The notes under the pieces: model-generated | The model's database searches: none | What the model was told of the DNA's origin: nothing | Seen by the model: only the letters and a program-made list of their open reading frames with translations | Program-made: the position numbers and the translations under genes | Shown: one piece after another, positions 16,370 through 25,504 of the stretch | How the letters are laid out: every line of letters begins with the position of its first letter | Numbering within the stretch: position 1 is the first letter of the stretch | DNA from: Dehalococcoidia bacterium | GTDB taxonomy: Bacteria > Chloroflexota > Dehalococcoidia > SZUA-161 > JAUWZY01 | Assembly: GCA_034414595.1 (NCBI GenBank) | Contig: DAOULY010000017.1 | Coordinates: 75,068 to 139,067 of the forward strand | Direction: 5' to 3' | DNA: 64,000 nt

Positions 16370-17311
16370 GTGCAAATGCGACGGAACTGGATTGAAAGAG
16401 ACCTCATCATCATCGTTGTCCTGACGCTCGTTCTCATTCTGATCATAGCAGCATTTCCTGTGACGGCGCTACGTCTTATCTTAGGACTGCCCTTCCTTCT
16501 TTTTTCCCCAGGGTATGTCTTGATTGCGGCTCTATTTCCCAGGAAGGGAAGCCTAGGTGGCCTGGAACGGATCGCTCTTAGCTTCGGACTGTCCATCGCT
16601 GTAACTCCGCTTATCGGGCTTATCCTCAACTATATGCCGTGGGGCATAAGGCTTTACCCCATCCTTATAGCGCAGGCTCTCTTCATCGTCGCTATTGCTG
16701 GCATCACTTGGTATCGGCGCAAGAGACTTCCCCAGGAGGAGCGCTTTTCAGTCCCCTTTCTGTATCGGCTGCCGAGCCTGAGTTGGCACGGTGAGAGCCG
16801 CTGGGATAAGTTGCTCATAATTTTCTTGGCCGTTTCCATAGCAGGGGCTACAGGGACATTCATCTATACTGTTGCTGTGCCCAAGGATGGAGAGAAGTTC
16901 ACCGAGTTCTACATCTTAGGCAGCAATGGCGAGTTTGACGGCTATCCCACGGAGTTTACACTGGATGGCACTGGGCAGGTAATCCGTGTCAAATATGACT
17001 ACCAGGACGGTGCAACTGAGGAGGACGAAGACACGGGCGAGGTAGTCTTATCCGTGGTCAACAGGGAGCAGGGGAGAACGGACTACCGGATCGAGCTTGT
17101 GATTGGTGGCGAGCCGAGCCAGATAGAGTTGGATGGCTGGCACGATGAACTTTCATTCTCGCTTGATGATGGAGATAAATGGGAGCATGTCATCGGTTTT
17201 GCTCCTCAAACGGTGGGGGATGACCAGAAGGCGGAATTTCTGCTGCTTAAGGCTGACGAGAGCGAGGCTGCACCTTCCATTCACCTTTGGATCGATGTTA
17301 AACAGGGATAA
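16370..17311 (+). CDS. DUF1616-like membrane protein
   Basis: 313-aa ORF. N-terminal TM helices with LILGLPFLLFSPGYVLIAALFP and LSFGLSIAVTPLIGLILNY, then an acidic soluble C-terminal domain. This layout is typical of DUF1616. Confidence 0.5.
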   Translation: MQMRRNWIERDLIIIVVLTLVLILIIAAFPVTALRLILGLPFLLFSPGYVLIAALFPRKGSLGGLERIALSFGLSIAVTPLIGLILNYMPWGIRLYPILIAQALFIVAIAGITWYRRKRLPQEERFSVPFLYRLPSLSWHGESRWDKLLIIFLAVSIAGATGTFIYTVAVPKDGEKFTEFYILGSNGEFDGYPTEFTLDGTGQVIRVKYDYQDGATEEDEDTGEVVLSVVNREQGRTDYRIELVIGGEPSQIELDGWHDELSFSLDDGDKWEHVIGFAPQTVGDDQKAEFLLLKADESEAAPSIHLWIDVKQG

Positions 17312-17411
17312 TCCCCCATTAGTAGCTTGACTGGAATGGTACTGTGGGCTACACTTTTTGGTGTTATACGCGGAGATGACTTCTGAAGAGGAATACGGGA
17401 GCTGGTAGACT

Positions 17412-18170
17412 ATGTATCGTGAGCAGAAAGTTGGCGTGGTGGTACTAGCTTATAGGGTAGAAAAACAAATCAAGGACGTCATTGAGAAGTTGCCCGATTT
17501 CGTGGATCAGGTCTATGTCATTGATGATGGCAGCCCGGACAGGACGTCAGAGATAGTCAGGATGCTCGATCATCGCCATGTCAACTTGATACAGCATGAA
17601 GCCAATTTAGGTCCTGGGGGTGCTTTATCGGCAGGCTACCGGGCTGCTTTGGTCGATGGCATGGATGTTGTGGTCAAAGTCGATGGTGATGGCCAGATGC
17701 CGATGGAGCAGATGGAGAACCTCCTCATCCCGATAATAGAGAGCCGGGTGGACTACACTAAAGGTGACCGGCTGTCCATCCCCGAAAACCGCCGGGGTAT
17801 GCCCCGCTTCAGACTGTTTGGCAATCTGATACTGACTTGGCTAACCCGTGTCGCCAGCGGCTACTGGCGACTCAATGATTCCCAGAACGGCTTCACCGCG
17901 ATCTCAAAGAAGGCGCTCCAGTCCCTCAACCTGAATTTGTATTATTATTACGGATATCTGAATGATATTCTGGTTCAGCTTAACGCTAACCACTTCAAGA
18001 CCATAGATGTGCCCATGCCGGCCCGGTATAGGGATGAGAGATCATCCATACGCCTCTATCCCTACGTTCCTAAGATGTCCTTCTTGTTGCTGAGAAGGTT
18101 CATGTGGCGGCAGAAGATGAAGTGCCTGTCTTACATAGGGAAACATCATGAAATGCAAGATTCCAGTTGA
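17412..18170 (+). CDS. Glycosyltransferase family 2 (polyprenyl-phosphate sugar synthase-like)
   Basis: 252-aa ORF. VGVVVLAYRVEKQI, VIDDGSPDRT and VKVDGDGQMP (DxD) are present. Confidence 0.8.
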   Translation: MYREQKVGVVVLAYRVEKQIKDVIEKLPDFVDQVYVIDDGSPDRTSEIVRMLDHRHVNLIQHEANLGPGGALSAGYRAALVDGMDVVVKVDGDGQMPMEQMENLLIPIIESRVDYTKGDRLSIPENRRGMPRFRLFGNLILTWLTRVASGYWRLNDSQNGFTAISKKALQSLNLNLYYYYGYLNDILVQLNANHFKTIDVPMPARYRDERSSIRLYPYVPKMSFLLLRRFMWRQKMKCLSYIGKHHEMQDSS

Positions 18171-18723
18171 AAAACAGAGTTTGGTATGTTTTTCACAGGC
18201 CTCTATTCTGACAACAATGCGGCGGTCAGCCGAGCAACATGGCTATAATACAGTCTGGGGAGCACTATGGTTCACATTATGGGCGGTAGTAGATCACATG
18301 TTGCAGACAGGTGCTCAGTTTAGCCCGATACCAGGCATAAGGATTTGGCTGCAGAAGAGGAGGGGGGTCAAGATAGGGAAAAACGTTCAGATTGGCCCCT
18401 TGGTAGCTTTGGACTACGTGTTCCCAAATTTTGTGTTCGTTGGTGATGGTGTATCAATCGCAGGATGGAATTATATATTAACACATGTCACCCCGCTTGA
18501 ATATCATCGGGATGATTTTGATAGCTATGTTGCACCTGTCAGGATAGAGAAAAATGCTTGGATAGCAATTGGAGCCATAATCCTGCCGGGGGTCACAGTG
18601 GGGGAGGGTGCCGTTGTAGCTGCTGGTTCTCTTGTTACTGAGGATGTCCCCCCTCACACGATGGTTGCAGGGGTTCCTGCTCGGGTGATAAAGCACTTGA
18701 ATAGATATCAAGACAAAGGCTAA
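18148..18723 (+). CDS. Hexapeptide-repeat (left-handed beta-helix) acyl/acetyltransferase
   Basis: 191-aa ORF. C-terminal IEKNAWIAIGAIILPGVTVGEGAVVAAGSLVTEDVPPHTMVAGVPARVIK is present. The start is uncertain (23-nt overlap with the upstream gene). Confidence 0.7.
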   Translation: MKCKIPVEKQSLVCFSQASILTTMRRSAEQHGYNTVWGALWFTLWAVVDHMLQTGAQFSPIPGIRIWLQKRRGVKIGKNVQIGPLVALDYVFPNFVFVGDGVSIAGWNYILTHVTPLEYHRDDFDSYVAPVRIEKNAWIAIGAIILPGVTVGEGAVVAAGSLVTEDVPPHTMVAGVPARVIKHLNRYQDKG

Positions 18724-18743
18724 AGAGGCGGTGCAATTACGAC

Positions 18744-19487
18744 ATGGTTCTACAGGAAAAGGTTGCTCTGATAACGGGTAGTTCCAGAGGGATAGGAGGA
18801 GCTACGGCCTTAGCTTTTGCTCGGGAAGGTGCAGACATCGTCATCAACTATTTGAGCTCTAAGCAACTGGCAGAGGAAAATGTGGATTCAATTCGTTCCC
18901 TAGGCCGCAGAGCCTTCGCTTTGCAAGCAGATGTCACTGAATATAACCAGGTGAGGAGGATGGTGGATTCTGCTTTGGACAAATTCCAGAGGATAGATAT
19001 CCTGGTCAACTGCGCCGGTGTTAACAAGGATAGCACTCTGGGCAAGATGTCTGTTGAGATGTGGGACGAGGTGCTCAGTGTCAACCTCACGGGCACTTTT
19101 AATTGTACCAAGGCAGTAATCGATCATATGAAGCAACGAGGAAGCGGCAGGGTGATTAACATCTCCTCTGTAGTTGGGCAGATTGGGGTGATTGGCACCT
19201 CAAACTACGCTGCTGCTAAAGCAGGCGTATTCGGCTTCACTAAAGCGGTAGCTAAAGAAGTTGCACTCAAAAATATAACGGTCAACGCCTTAGCGTTAGG
19301 CTATTTCGATGTCGGGATGCTTCGGAGACTTTCACAAAGTGTTCAACAAGATATTCTGCAGCGAATCCCTATGAATCGGTTTGGCAGAGTGGAAGAGGTG
19401 ACGCAGGTGGTGGTGTTTTTGGCATCAGATGCCTCCAGTTATATTACCGGGCAAGTTATCCATTTAGACGGTGGTTACTATATGTGA
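18744..19487 (+). CDS. Short-chain dehydrogenase/reductase, FabG-like (3-oxoacyl reductase family)
   Basis: 247-aa ORF. TGSSRGIG, NCAG, and NISSVVG...YAAAK (catalytic S-Y-K) are present. Confidence 0.8.
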   Translation: MVLQEKVALITGSSRGIGGATALAFAREGADIVINYLSSKQLAEENVDSIRSLGRRAFALQADVTEYNQVRRMVDSALDKFQRIDILVNCAGVNKDSTLGKMSVEMWDEVLSVNLTGTFNCTKAVIDHMKQRGSGRVINISSVVGQIGVIGTSNYAAAKAGVFGFTKAVAKEVALKNITVNALALGYFDVGMLRRLSQSVQQDILQRIPMNRFGRVEEVTQVVVFLASDASSYITGQVIHLDGGYYM

Positions 19488-20304
19488 CCACGCTTGTTTA
19501 GTTCGGAGGGGCGCGAGTCAATTGTCCGTGAGTGAAAAAATAGCCTGTCTAACCCTCGATCTTGAGCAAGATTATGGACGTACTACCACATATGACTGTT
19601 TTGCTCATGTCGAGAAGCTTTGCGAAGTCCTGCTAAAGCATGAGGCAAAACTCACCAGCTTCGTTGCTGGTAAGATATTAGATGAGAAACATGACATCAT
19701 CGATAAACTATCAAAGATTGATACCGAGTTCGCATTGCACTCGTACACTCATAACATATTGGAGACCCAAGATACAGAAATGGAGATCAAGAGGGCAAAA
19801 GCTGCTTATAGGAATTACTTTGGCAGAAATCCCATCGGGTATCGTGCACCCCAGGGCAGAATCTCAGAGATTCACTTTAAGGCATTGAGAGCAGAGGGGT
19901 TTGTTTTTGATTCGAGCATGATCCCGACTTTGCGTCCCGGGGTATACAACAACTTAACTTCTCCGACGCAGCCTTACTATGTCGAAGGCGTATTAGAGAT
20001 TCCCTTCTCAGTAATTCCACTAATTCGCCTTCCTTTGATAATGAGCTATATGAAACTTCTCGGTAGAGCATATAACCTGTTGCTCAGAATTTTCGGGCTC
20101 CCAAGCATTGTGGTCTTTGATTTTCACCTTCACGACCTTTTCAAAGCAGAGTCCCTCAACGAGCTTCCCGTGAAATATCGGATTGTCCACAATAGGAATG
20201 CTTCGGAAGCACTGGGAATTTTCAACTCGTTTGTTGCCTTACTGAGAAGCAAAGGATATGATTTCTTAACGATGGGACAACTGGCAGACAAATTATCAAA
20301 ATGA
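19471..20304 (+). CDS. Polysaccharide deacetylase (NodB-like) family protein
   Basis: 277-aa ORF. LTLDLEQDYG, FALHSYTHN and GYRAPQG motifs are present. The start is uncertain. Confidence 0.6.
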   Translation: MVTICDHACLVRRGASQLSVSEKIACLTLDLEQDYGRTTTYDCFAHVEKLCEVLLKHEAKLTSFVAGKILDEKHDIIDKLSKIDTEFALHSYTHNILETQDTEMEIKRAKAAYRNYFGRNPIGYRAPQGRISEIHFKALRAEGFVFDSSMIPTLRPGVYNNLTSPTQPYYVEGVLEIPFSVIPLIRLPLIMSYMKLLGRAYNLLLRIFGLPSIVVFDFHLHDLFKAESLNELPVKYRIVHNRNASEALGIFNSFVALLRSKGYDFLTMGQLADKLSK

Positions 20305-21509
20305 GAATTCTCATAATTCAGGAGACAGACTGGCTCAAGAGAGGACCTCACGATCACCATCACCTGGCAGAAAAATTATCGATCAGAGGTCATCAGATTC
20401 ACGTTATTGACCATGAGCTTCTCTGGAGAGCAGAAGGCAAAAGGGAATTGTATTCCCGGCGGCAAGTCTTTGGCGAGGTCTCCAAGATATACCAAGGCGG
20501 GCGAGTGACGTTGATTCGCCCCGGCATTATGAAAATAAGGATCCCTGGGCTGGATTACCTCTCCCTGATATTTTCTCATCGGCGCGAAATCGAACGCCAA
20601 ATAAGGGAATTTGCCCCAGATGCAATTATCTCACTTGGCATCCTCAATAGCTACTTAGCTATGAGGGCAGCAAACAAAAACAGCATTCCCTTTGTCTATT
20701 ATTGGGGGGATGTGCCGCATCTGTTGATACCTTTCAAGTGTTTTCGACCTCTGGGGAAGTTTGTTGAAGGGAAAACATTGAGACACACAGGTGTGGCGCT
20801 GGCGACCAACAAGCGCCTCAGAGCCCGGCTGGTTGAGATAGGGGCCCATCCTGGGCGGGCCTATGTCTTGAGCCACGGCATTGATTTTGAAAGGTTCAAT
20901 CCAGAGCTTGTCTCTGGCAGTAAGGTGAGGGAGCAATATGGAATCGGGCAAGATGATGTCGTGATTACCTACATTGGCAGGCTTTCTCGGATCACAGGTG
21001 TCAGGGAGGTTGCCTTTGATCTCTCCAAAGTTGACAACTCTCAACTCAAATTCCTTGTGGTGGGTACAGGATCACGAGAGGGGGAACTTCGACAAATGCA
21101 ACAGGGGCTTGAGTTGCAGGAAAAGATGATCATAACCGGTCGCAGACCCTACGAAGAAATCCCTGGCCTGGTAGCTGCTTCCGATATTTGCCTGCTTCCC
21201 TTCCATAATGTGGAACTGATGAGAGACATCGTCCCCATAAAAATTCTGGACTACATGGCTATGGGAAAACCCGTAATCTCGACCAGGCTTCCCGGGGTGG
21301 TGGAGGAATTCGGCGAGAACAATGGCATTATCTATGTAGATAAGCCCGAGGATGTGGTCAACAAGGCAATAGAACTGGCGGCCCAACGGGATTTAGCGGA
21401 GCTTGGAGCAAAGGCGAGGGAATTTGTCGCGGGAAGTAGTTGGGACAGCACCACGGATGAACTCGAGAGGATTCTGACTGAGGCTGTGAGGAAGAAGCAA
21501 ATGTCCTGA
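20301..21509 (+). CDS. Glycosyltransferase family 4 (GT-B, GT1-type)
   Basis: 402-aa ORF. The C-terminal domain has the typical E..G....EAMA-like region (KILDYMAMGKPVIST). ATGA-type overlap with the upstream gene. Confidence 0.8.
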   Translation: MRILIIQETDWLKRGPHDHHHLAEKLSIRGHQIHVIDHELLWRAEGKRELYSRRQVFGEVSKIYQGGRVTLIRPGIMKIRIPGLDYLSLIFSHRREIERQIREFAPDAIISLGILNSYLAMRAANKNSIPFVYYWGDVPHLLIPFKCFRPLGKFVEGKTLRHTGVALATNKRLRARLVEIGAHPGRAYVLSHGIDFERFNPELVSGSKVREQYGIGQDDVVITYIGRLSRITGVREVAFDLSKVDNSQLKFLVVGTGSREGELRQMQQGLELQEKMIITGRRPYEEIPGLVAASDICLLPFHNVELMRDIVPIKILDYMAMGKPVISTRLPGVVEEFGENNGIIYVDKPEDVVNKAIELAAQRDLAELGAKAREFVAGSSWDSTTDELERILTEAVRKKQMS

Positions 21510-21528
21510 TCCTGGAAGAAAATGACCG

Positions 21529-21636
21529 ATGAAGGTATTGATCTTTGGTGTCGTAGGGATGCCGGGGCATAAGCTATATCAATTGCTATCGCCAACATTT
21601 GATGTCACCGGCACCATCGGAGGGGACTACAGCTAA
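21529..21636 (+). pseudogene. Truncated 5' remnant (35 codons) of an RmlD-like reductase gene, paralogous to the start of 24623-25504
   Basis: Reads MKVLIFGVVGMPGHKLYQLLSPTFDVTGTIGGDYS*, compared with MKVLILGVAGMLGHKLYQVLSPAFDVAGTIRGDYG... at 24623. About 83% nucleotide identity by eye over 102 nt. Ends in TAA immediately before the next gene. Confidence 0.7.
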
Positions 21637-21639
21637 GCT

Positions 21640-23517
21640 ATGGGTAAACTCACTTCTCTGTGGTCACAAGAGAAGATTGATGTAATCGCCGCCATAGCAG
21701 GACTTCTACTCGGTATTGTGATTTCCTGCCTTAATTTCATCTACTCCAATGCCTATTTGATCACAATAGGGCCGCTGCTGGCAGCTGCTTGCCTGCTCTA
21801 TTTAGTATTCCATCGGAAGTGGCTCCTTGCGCGGCAGTATCCCGAGGCAAATAGGAGGCTCTTTCTTGTAGCAGGCATCATCTTCTTTATTTCGTTTGCC
21901 GTGGCCACGTACAGTCTACACACCGGGTTCCTTCACCGCCCCGTGGTTTATTTCATTCTGACCGCAGTAGCTGCCTCAATGATAGCGGTTCAAATCCTCT
22001 GCTACCGTAATAAAAGCGCTGTCTACCTGATCTTGTTTGAGATACTCCTTCTTTCCCTGAGCGTAACGGCCAGTGCCTACTGGGTATTCCCCTCCCTCCC
22101 CGGCGTCGACACCTGGTTTCATAGGGAATATATAAGAACCTTTGTGGAGCATGGTGGTATCCCCGATAGCAGCGCTCTGCCTCAGGTTATAGGGGAATAC
22201 TATCTTCATTTTCCCATAATGCACTTGAGTGCAGCGGCCATCAAGCTGGTGGGCGGGATTAGCTATAAGGCGGCAATGTTTCTCGGCGTTAGCTTACCCA
22301 CAATGCTGAGCAGTCTATTTGTGTTCTTGATTGCTCGCAGTCTGGCGAACACCCGGGTGGGGTTACTGGCAATCCTGCTGTTCAGCCTCAATAGCTATTT
22401 CCTCAACTATTGCATTGCCCCAATACCCAACAGCTTTGGAGTTGCTCTGTTCGCCATGGTGCTCTATCTACTCATCAGAAATACTGTTCCCAGGGTAGTG
22501 TTCGTCTTTTTAACTATCCTGCTGCTCATGGTATTGATTATAACCCATACTTTGTCCTCCTTTGTCATGCTCTCTTTTCTCCTGGCTCTCTTGGTCGGGA
22601 TCTATGGGTACAGGCTCATACGCAAAGAGCGAGCTGCTGCTGAGATGAACATAGTCACTCCCGCATTGGTGGGCTTATTTGGGGCGGCGATGCTGAGCTA
22701 CTGGATATATGAGGCTTATTTGGGAGGCGGTTCATTCTTCAATACGATGGCCTCAGCCCTTTTCCGTGAAACGACCGTAGAGGCAGGCTTTGGGCAATAC
22801 GAGTTGACAATGAGTGGAGGAGGCCAAATCTTGAACATCTTAGGTTTCTTAGTCCTGCTGTTTTTCGGCGTTTTGGGATGTTTGTTATGGCTCTCCCGGG
22901 AATACCTGAGCAAGACGAAGACAGGGCTAATTGCTACGCTTATCGTGTTGCTGGGTATGCCTCTTGGTCTTGCTGCCTTCGGAATAGAAGCCCTTGTGCC
23001 TGACAGGTGGTTTGCCTTTAGCTACGTTGTTCTAACTATGGTGGCGGCAGTAGCCATGCTCACGGTGACCTCCCACTTAGGCTATCGCTGGCTGGGCAAC
23101 ATATCGTTGATAGGTATCGTGTTCGTCGGCTCCTTCTTCATGATTAGCAACAAGATTTCCAATGCGGATAGCCCAATTTACACTCCTGAGTTGATCCGGA
23201 GACTGGCATACACCAATGCTGAGCAGGCGATGGCAGAAAAGATTGTAGCAGTCTATGATGATATAATTGTTACTGATCTGGACTATGAGATAACTGTTAT
23301 TAAGGCGTACTTAGGAAGGATTCATGATTTGGATTATAGAATGTTGGATGGAGAATACTTGAGCAGTGGGTTGGTTCTTTGGAGGAACGTGATGGCGGAG
23401 CGTCCGGTTAGGGTTCCTTCCTCCATTGTGCTGGGAGAGGGCTTCCAACAAGAATTGGATAGCTCGTGCCATCTGGTTTACACCAATAACGATGGTAAGG
23501 CATATTTAGCCAGGTGA
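21640..23517 (+). CDS. Large polytopic membrane protein, GT-C-fold-like (putative glycan polymerase or lipid-linked-sugar glycosyltransferase)
   Basis: 625-aa ORF with at least 12 hydrophobic segments. An early loop has an acidic/aromatic motif (PGVDTWFHREY), as in GT-C enzymes. The soluble C-terminal domain is about 130 aa. No WWDYG motif was seen. Confidence 0.45.
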   Translation: MGKLTSLWSQEKIDVIAAIAGLLLGIVISCLNFIYSNAYLITIGPLLAAACLLYLVFHRKWLLARQYPEANRRLFLVAGIIFFISFAVATYSLHTGFLHRPVVYFILTAVAASMIAVQILCYRNKSAVYLILFEILLLSLSVTASAYWVFPSLPGVDTWFHREYIRTFVEHGGIPDSSALPQVIGEYYLHFPIMHLSAAAIKLVGGISYKAAMFLGVSLPTMLSSLFVFLIARSLANTRVGLLAILLFSLNSYFLNYCIAPIPNSFGVALFAMVLYLLIRNTVPRVVFVFLTILLLMVLIITHTLSSFVMLSFLLALLVGIYGYRLIRKERAAAEMNIVTPALVGLFGAAMLSYWIYEAYLGGGSFFNTMASALFRETTVEAGFGQYELTMSGGGQILNILGFLVLLFFGVLGCLLWLSREYLSKTKTGLIATLIVLLGMPLGLAAFGIEALVPDRWFAFSYVVLTMVAAVAMLTVTSHLGYRWLGNISLIGIVFVGSFFMISNKISNADSPIYTPELIRRLAYTNAEQAMAEKIVAVYDDIIVTDLDYEITVIKAYLGRIHDLDYRMLDGEYLSSGLVLWRNVMAERPVRVPSSIVLGEGFQQELDSSCHLVYTNNDGKAYLAR

Positions 23518-23539
23518 GGACATGTGTAGCCAGAGATGA

Positions 23540-24364
23540 GTGACGCAGAATAGCGGAGAGAGGAACTCGGTGCTACTTAGTAGAGTGTTTACACGTTACT
23601 ATTTTCCGCCGCCATTGGTTAGCCAGGAAGGCTATCGTTATGCGGAGAAGTACGCCTCATATTCGGAGCACAATTATCTCGCGGGAGGAGTCGCCTCTTT
23701 CCTTAGAAGCAGGCATTTTGAGCATGCACTCAGGCTAACGAGGGAATGCTTTCATAAGGCAAATGTGATCGACTTTGGTTGTGGCGATGGTCCTTTTCTA
23801 CCGTCATTATCTAGATACTTTAATCATGTGCTGGCAATTGATAGAGCCCAACTGCGTCTAAACTTTGCTTCTGAAGTAGTTAAGGCAGCACACCTTAGCA
23901 ACGTAGAGATAATGTGCAATGATAATTTATCCTTTGACTATATAAGGTCAGAGATAGCAACTCGCCAATATCAGGTCTTGTATCTGATGGAGACGCTAGA
24001 GCACATAGGTGATAAGTCTGATCCGTGGATATCGAGGGTTAATTTTGTTAAAGAGTTGTCCGGCCTGGTTGATCCAGACGGGGTTATCGTTCTCTCAGTC
24101 CCCAATATGATCGGCATATCCTTCCTGCTGCAGCGCCTGGGATTTTTCTTGTTGAATCAAAGAAGAGAGCCAATATCCAAGACCGATCTGCTGAAAGTGT
24201 CGCTATTTAATGATACCAGTAACTTAGAAAAGCAGTGGAAAGGGACGCACCTCGGGTTTAATCATAAGAAACTGGAAAATGAGCTGAAAAGGCATATCCC
24301 CGTTTTGAAAAAAAGAAACATCGGCTTCCATGTTATATATGTTTTGAAAGCATGCCCTATTTGA
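23540..24364 (+). CDS. Class I SAM-dependent methyltransferase
   Basis: 274-aa ORF (GTG start). VIDFGCGDGPFL (motif I) and VLYLMETLEHI are present. Confidence 0.65.
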   Translation: MTQNSGERNSVLLSRVFTRYYFPPPLVSQEGYRYAEKYASYSEHNYLAGGVASFLRSRHFEHALRLTRECFHKANVIDFGCGDGPFLPSLSRYFNHVLAIDRAQLRLNFASEVVKAAHLSNVEIMCNDNLSFDYIRSEIATRQYQVLYLMETLEHIGDKSDPWISRVNFVKELSGLVDPDGVIVLSVPNMIGISFLLQRLGFFLLNQRREPISKTDLLKVSLFNDTSNLEKQWKGTHLGFNHKKLENELKRHIPVLKKRNIGFHVIYVLKACPI

Positions 24365-24462
24365 TAAAGCGGTAGGTGGATAAGATGCTTGGCAAGGTAA
24401 GGCGAGTTAGAGGGGATAGAATTGACTAGGTTCCTACCCGTTCCGTAAAATCGGAGTAGAAT

Positions 24463-24603
24463 ATGTATATACGGCAAATAAACCCAAATGCTGGGGGCAA
24501 AGGCGCGAAAGTTTTTGTCCAAGAAAATAGTTGGGATCGGGTCACGGATGAATCCGAGAGAATTCTGACCGATGCCGTGAGAAAGAGGCAAAGGCCATGT
24601 TGA
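24463..24603 (+). pseudogene. Remnant of a GT4 glycosyltransferase 3' end (paralogous to the end of 20301-21509)
   Basis: Reads ...NAGGKGAKVFVQENSWDRVTDESERILTDAVRKRQRPC*, compared with ...ELGAKAREFVAGSSWDSTTDELERILTEAVRKKQMS* at 21401-21509. No intact N-terminal part is present. Confidence 0.65.
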
Positions 24604-24622
24604 TCCTCGAAGAAAGTGGCTT

Positions 24623-25504
24623 ATGAAGGTACTGATCTTGGGTGTTGCTGGGATGCTGGGGCACAAGCTATATCAGGTGCTATCGCCAGCATTTGATGTG
24701 GCTGGTACCATCAGGGGTGACTACGGTGATATCGGCAGATACGGTATCTTTCGCCAAGCTGAGATAATTCCCCAGGTCAATGCTTTCGAAATATCCCGAC
24801 TGGAGGAGGTGGTCGAACGAGTCGGCCCTGAGGTGGCGATCAACTGCATCGGGATCGTGAAACAGCTACAGGACGCGCAAGATAGACTGGTCAGCATCTG
24901 GGTGAATTCGCTATTTCCTCATCAACTGTATCAGATCTGCCGAGCAAGAGGAGTTAGGCTGATTCACATCAGCACCGATTGTGTCTTCTCAGGTGAGAAA
25001 GGTAACTACCGCGAGGACGATCCATCAGACGCTGAGGATATCTATGGGAAGACCAAGTATCTTGGTGAGCTCAGTGGAGAAGGGACGCTGACGATAAGGA
25101 CCTCGCTTATCGGCAGGGAACTCTCAACCGCAAACGGCCTGGTGGAATGGTTTTTGTCCAACCGGGGCAACAGGGTTAAAGGGTTTGCCAATGCCATCTT
25201 CAGTGGGTTCCCCACTATTCACTTCGCCAAGATTATTGGTAATATAATTGCAGACCATCGCGACTTGAGTGGCGTTTATCACATCTCATCTGAGCCCATC
25301 AGCAAGTTCCAGCTTCTCCTCATGATGCGAGAAGGAATGAGGCTTGATATTGATATCGAGGAAGACGGCAGCTTTCGCTGTGATAGGAGTCTGGACTCAA
25401 CTCTTTACCGAGCAAAGACCGACTTCAGACCACCCTCCTGGGAGGACATGATCGCTGAGCTGGTTCAAGACGCCCGGCAGTATGAACAATGGAGAGCAGG
25501 ATGA
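24623..25504 (+). CDS. RmlD-type (dTDP-4-dehydrorhamnose reductase family) nucleotide-sugar 4-reductase
   Basis: 293-aa ORF. MKVLILGVAGMLGHKL Rossmann start, ISTDCVFSG and YGKTK (YxxxK) are present. Position next to an FnlA/WbvB-like dehydratase. Confidence 0.7.
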   Translation: MKVLILGVAGMLGHKLYQVLSPAFDVAGTIRGDYGDIGRYGIFRQAEIIPQVNAFEISRLEEVVERVGPEVAINCIGIVKQLQDAQDRLVSIWVNSLFPHQLYQICRARGVRLIHISTDCVFSGEKGNYREDDPSDAEDIYGKTKYLGELSGEGTLTIRTSLIGRELSTANGLVEWFLSNRGNRVKGFANAIFSGFPTIHFAKIIGNIIADHRDLSGVYHISSEPISKFQLLLMMREGMRLDIDIEEDGSFRCDRSLDSTLYRAKTDFRPPSWEDMIAELVQDARQYEQWRAG

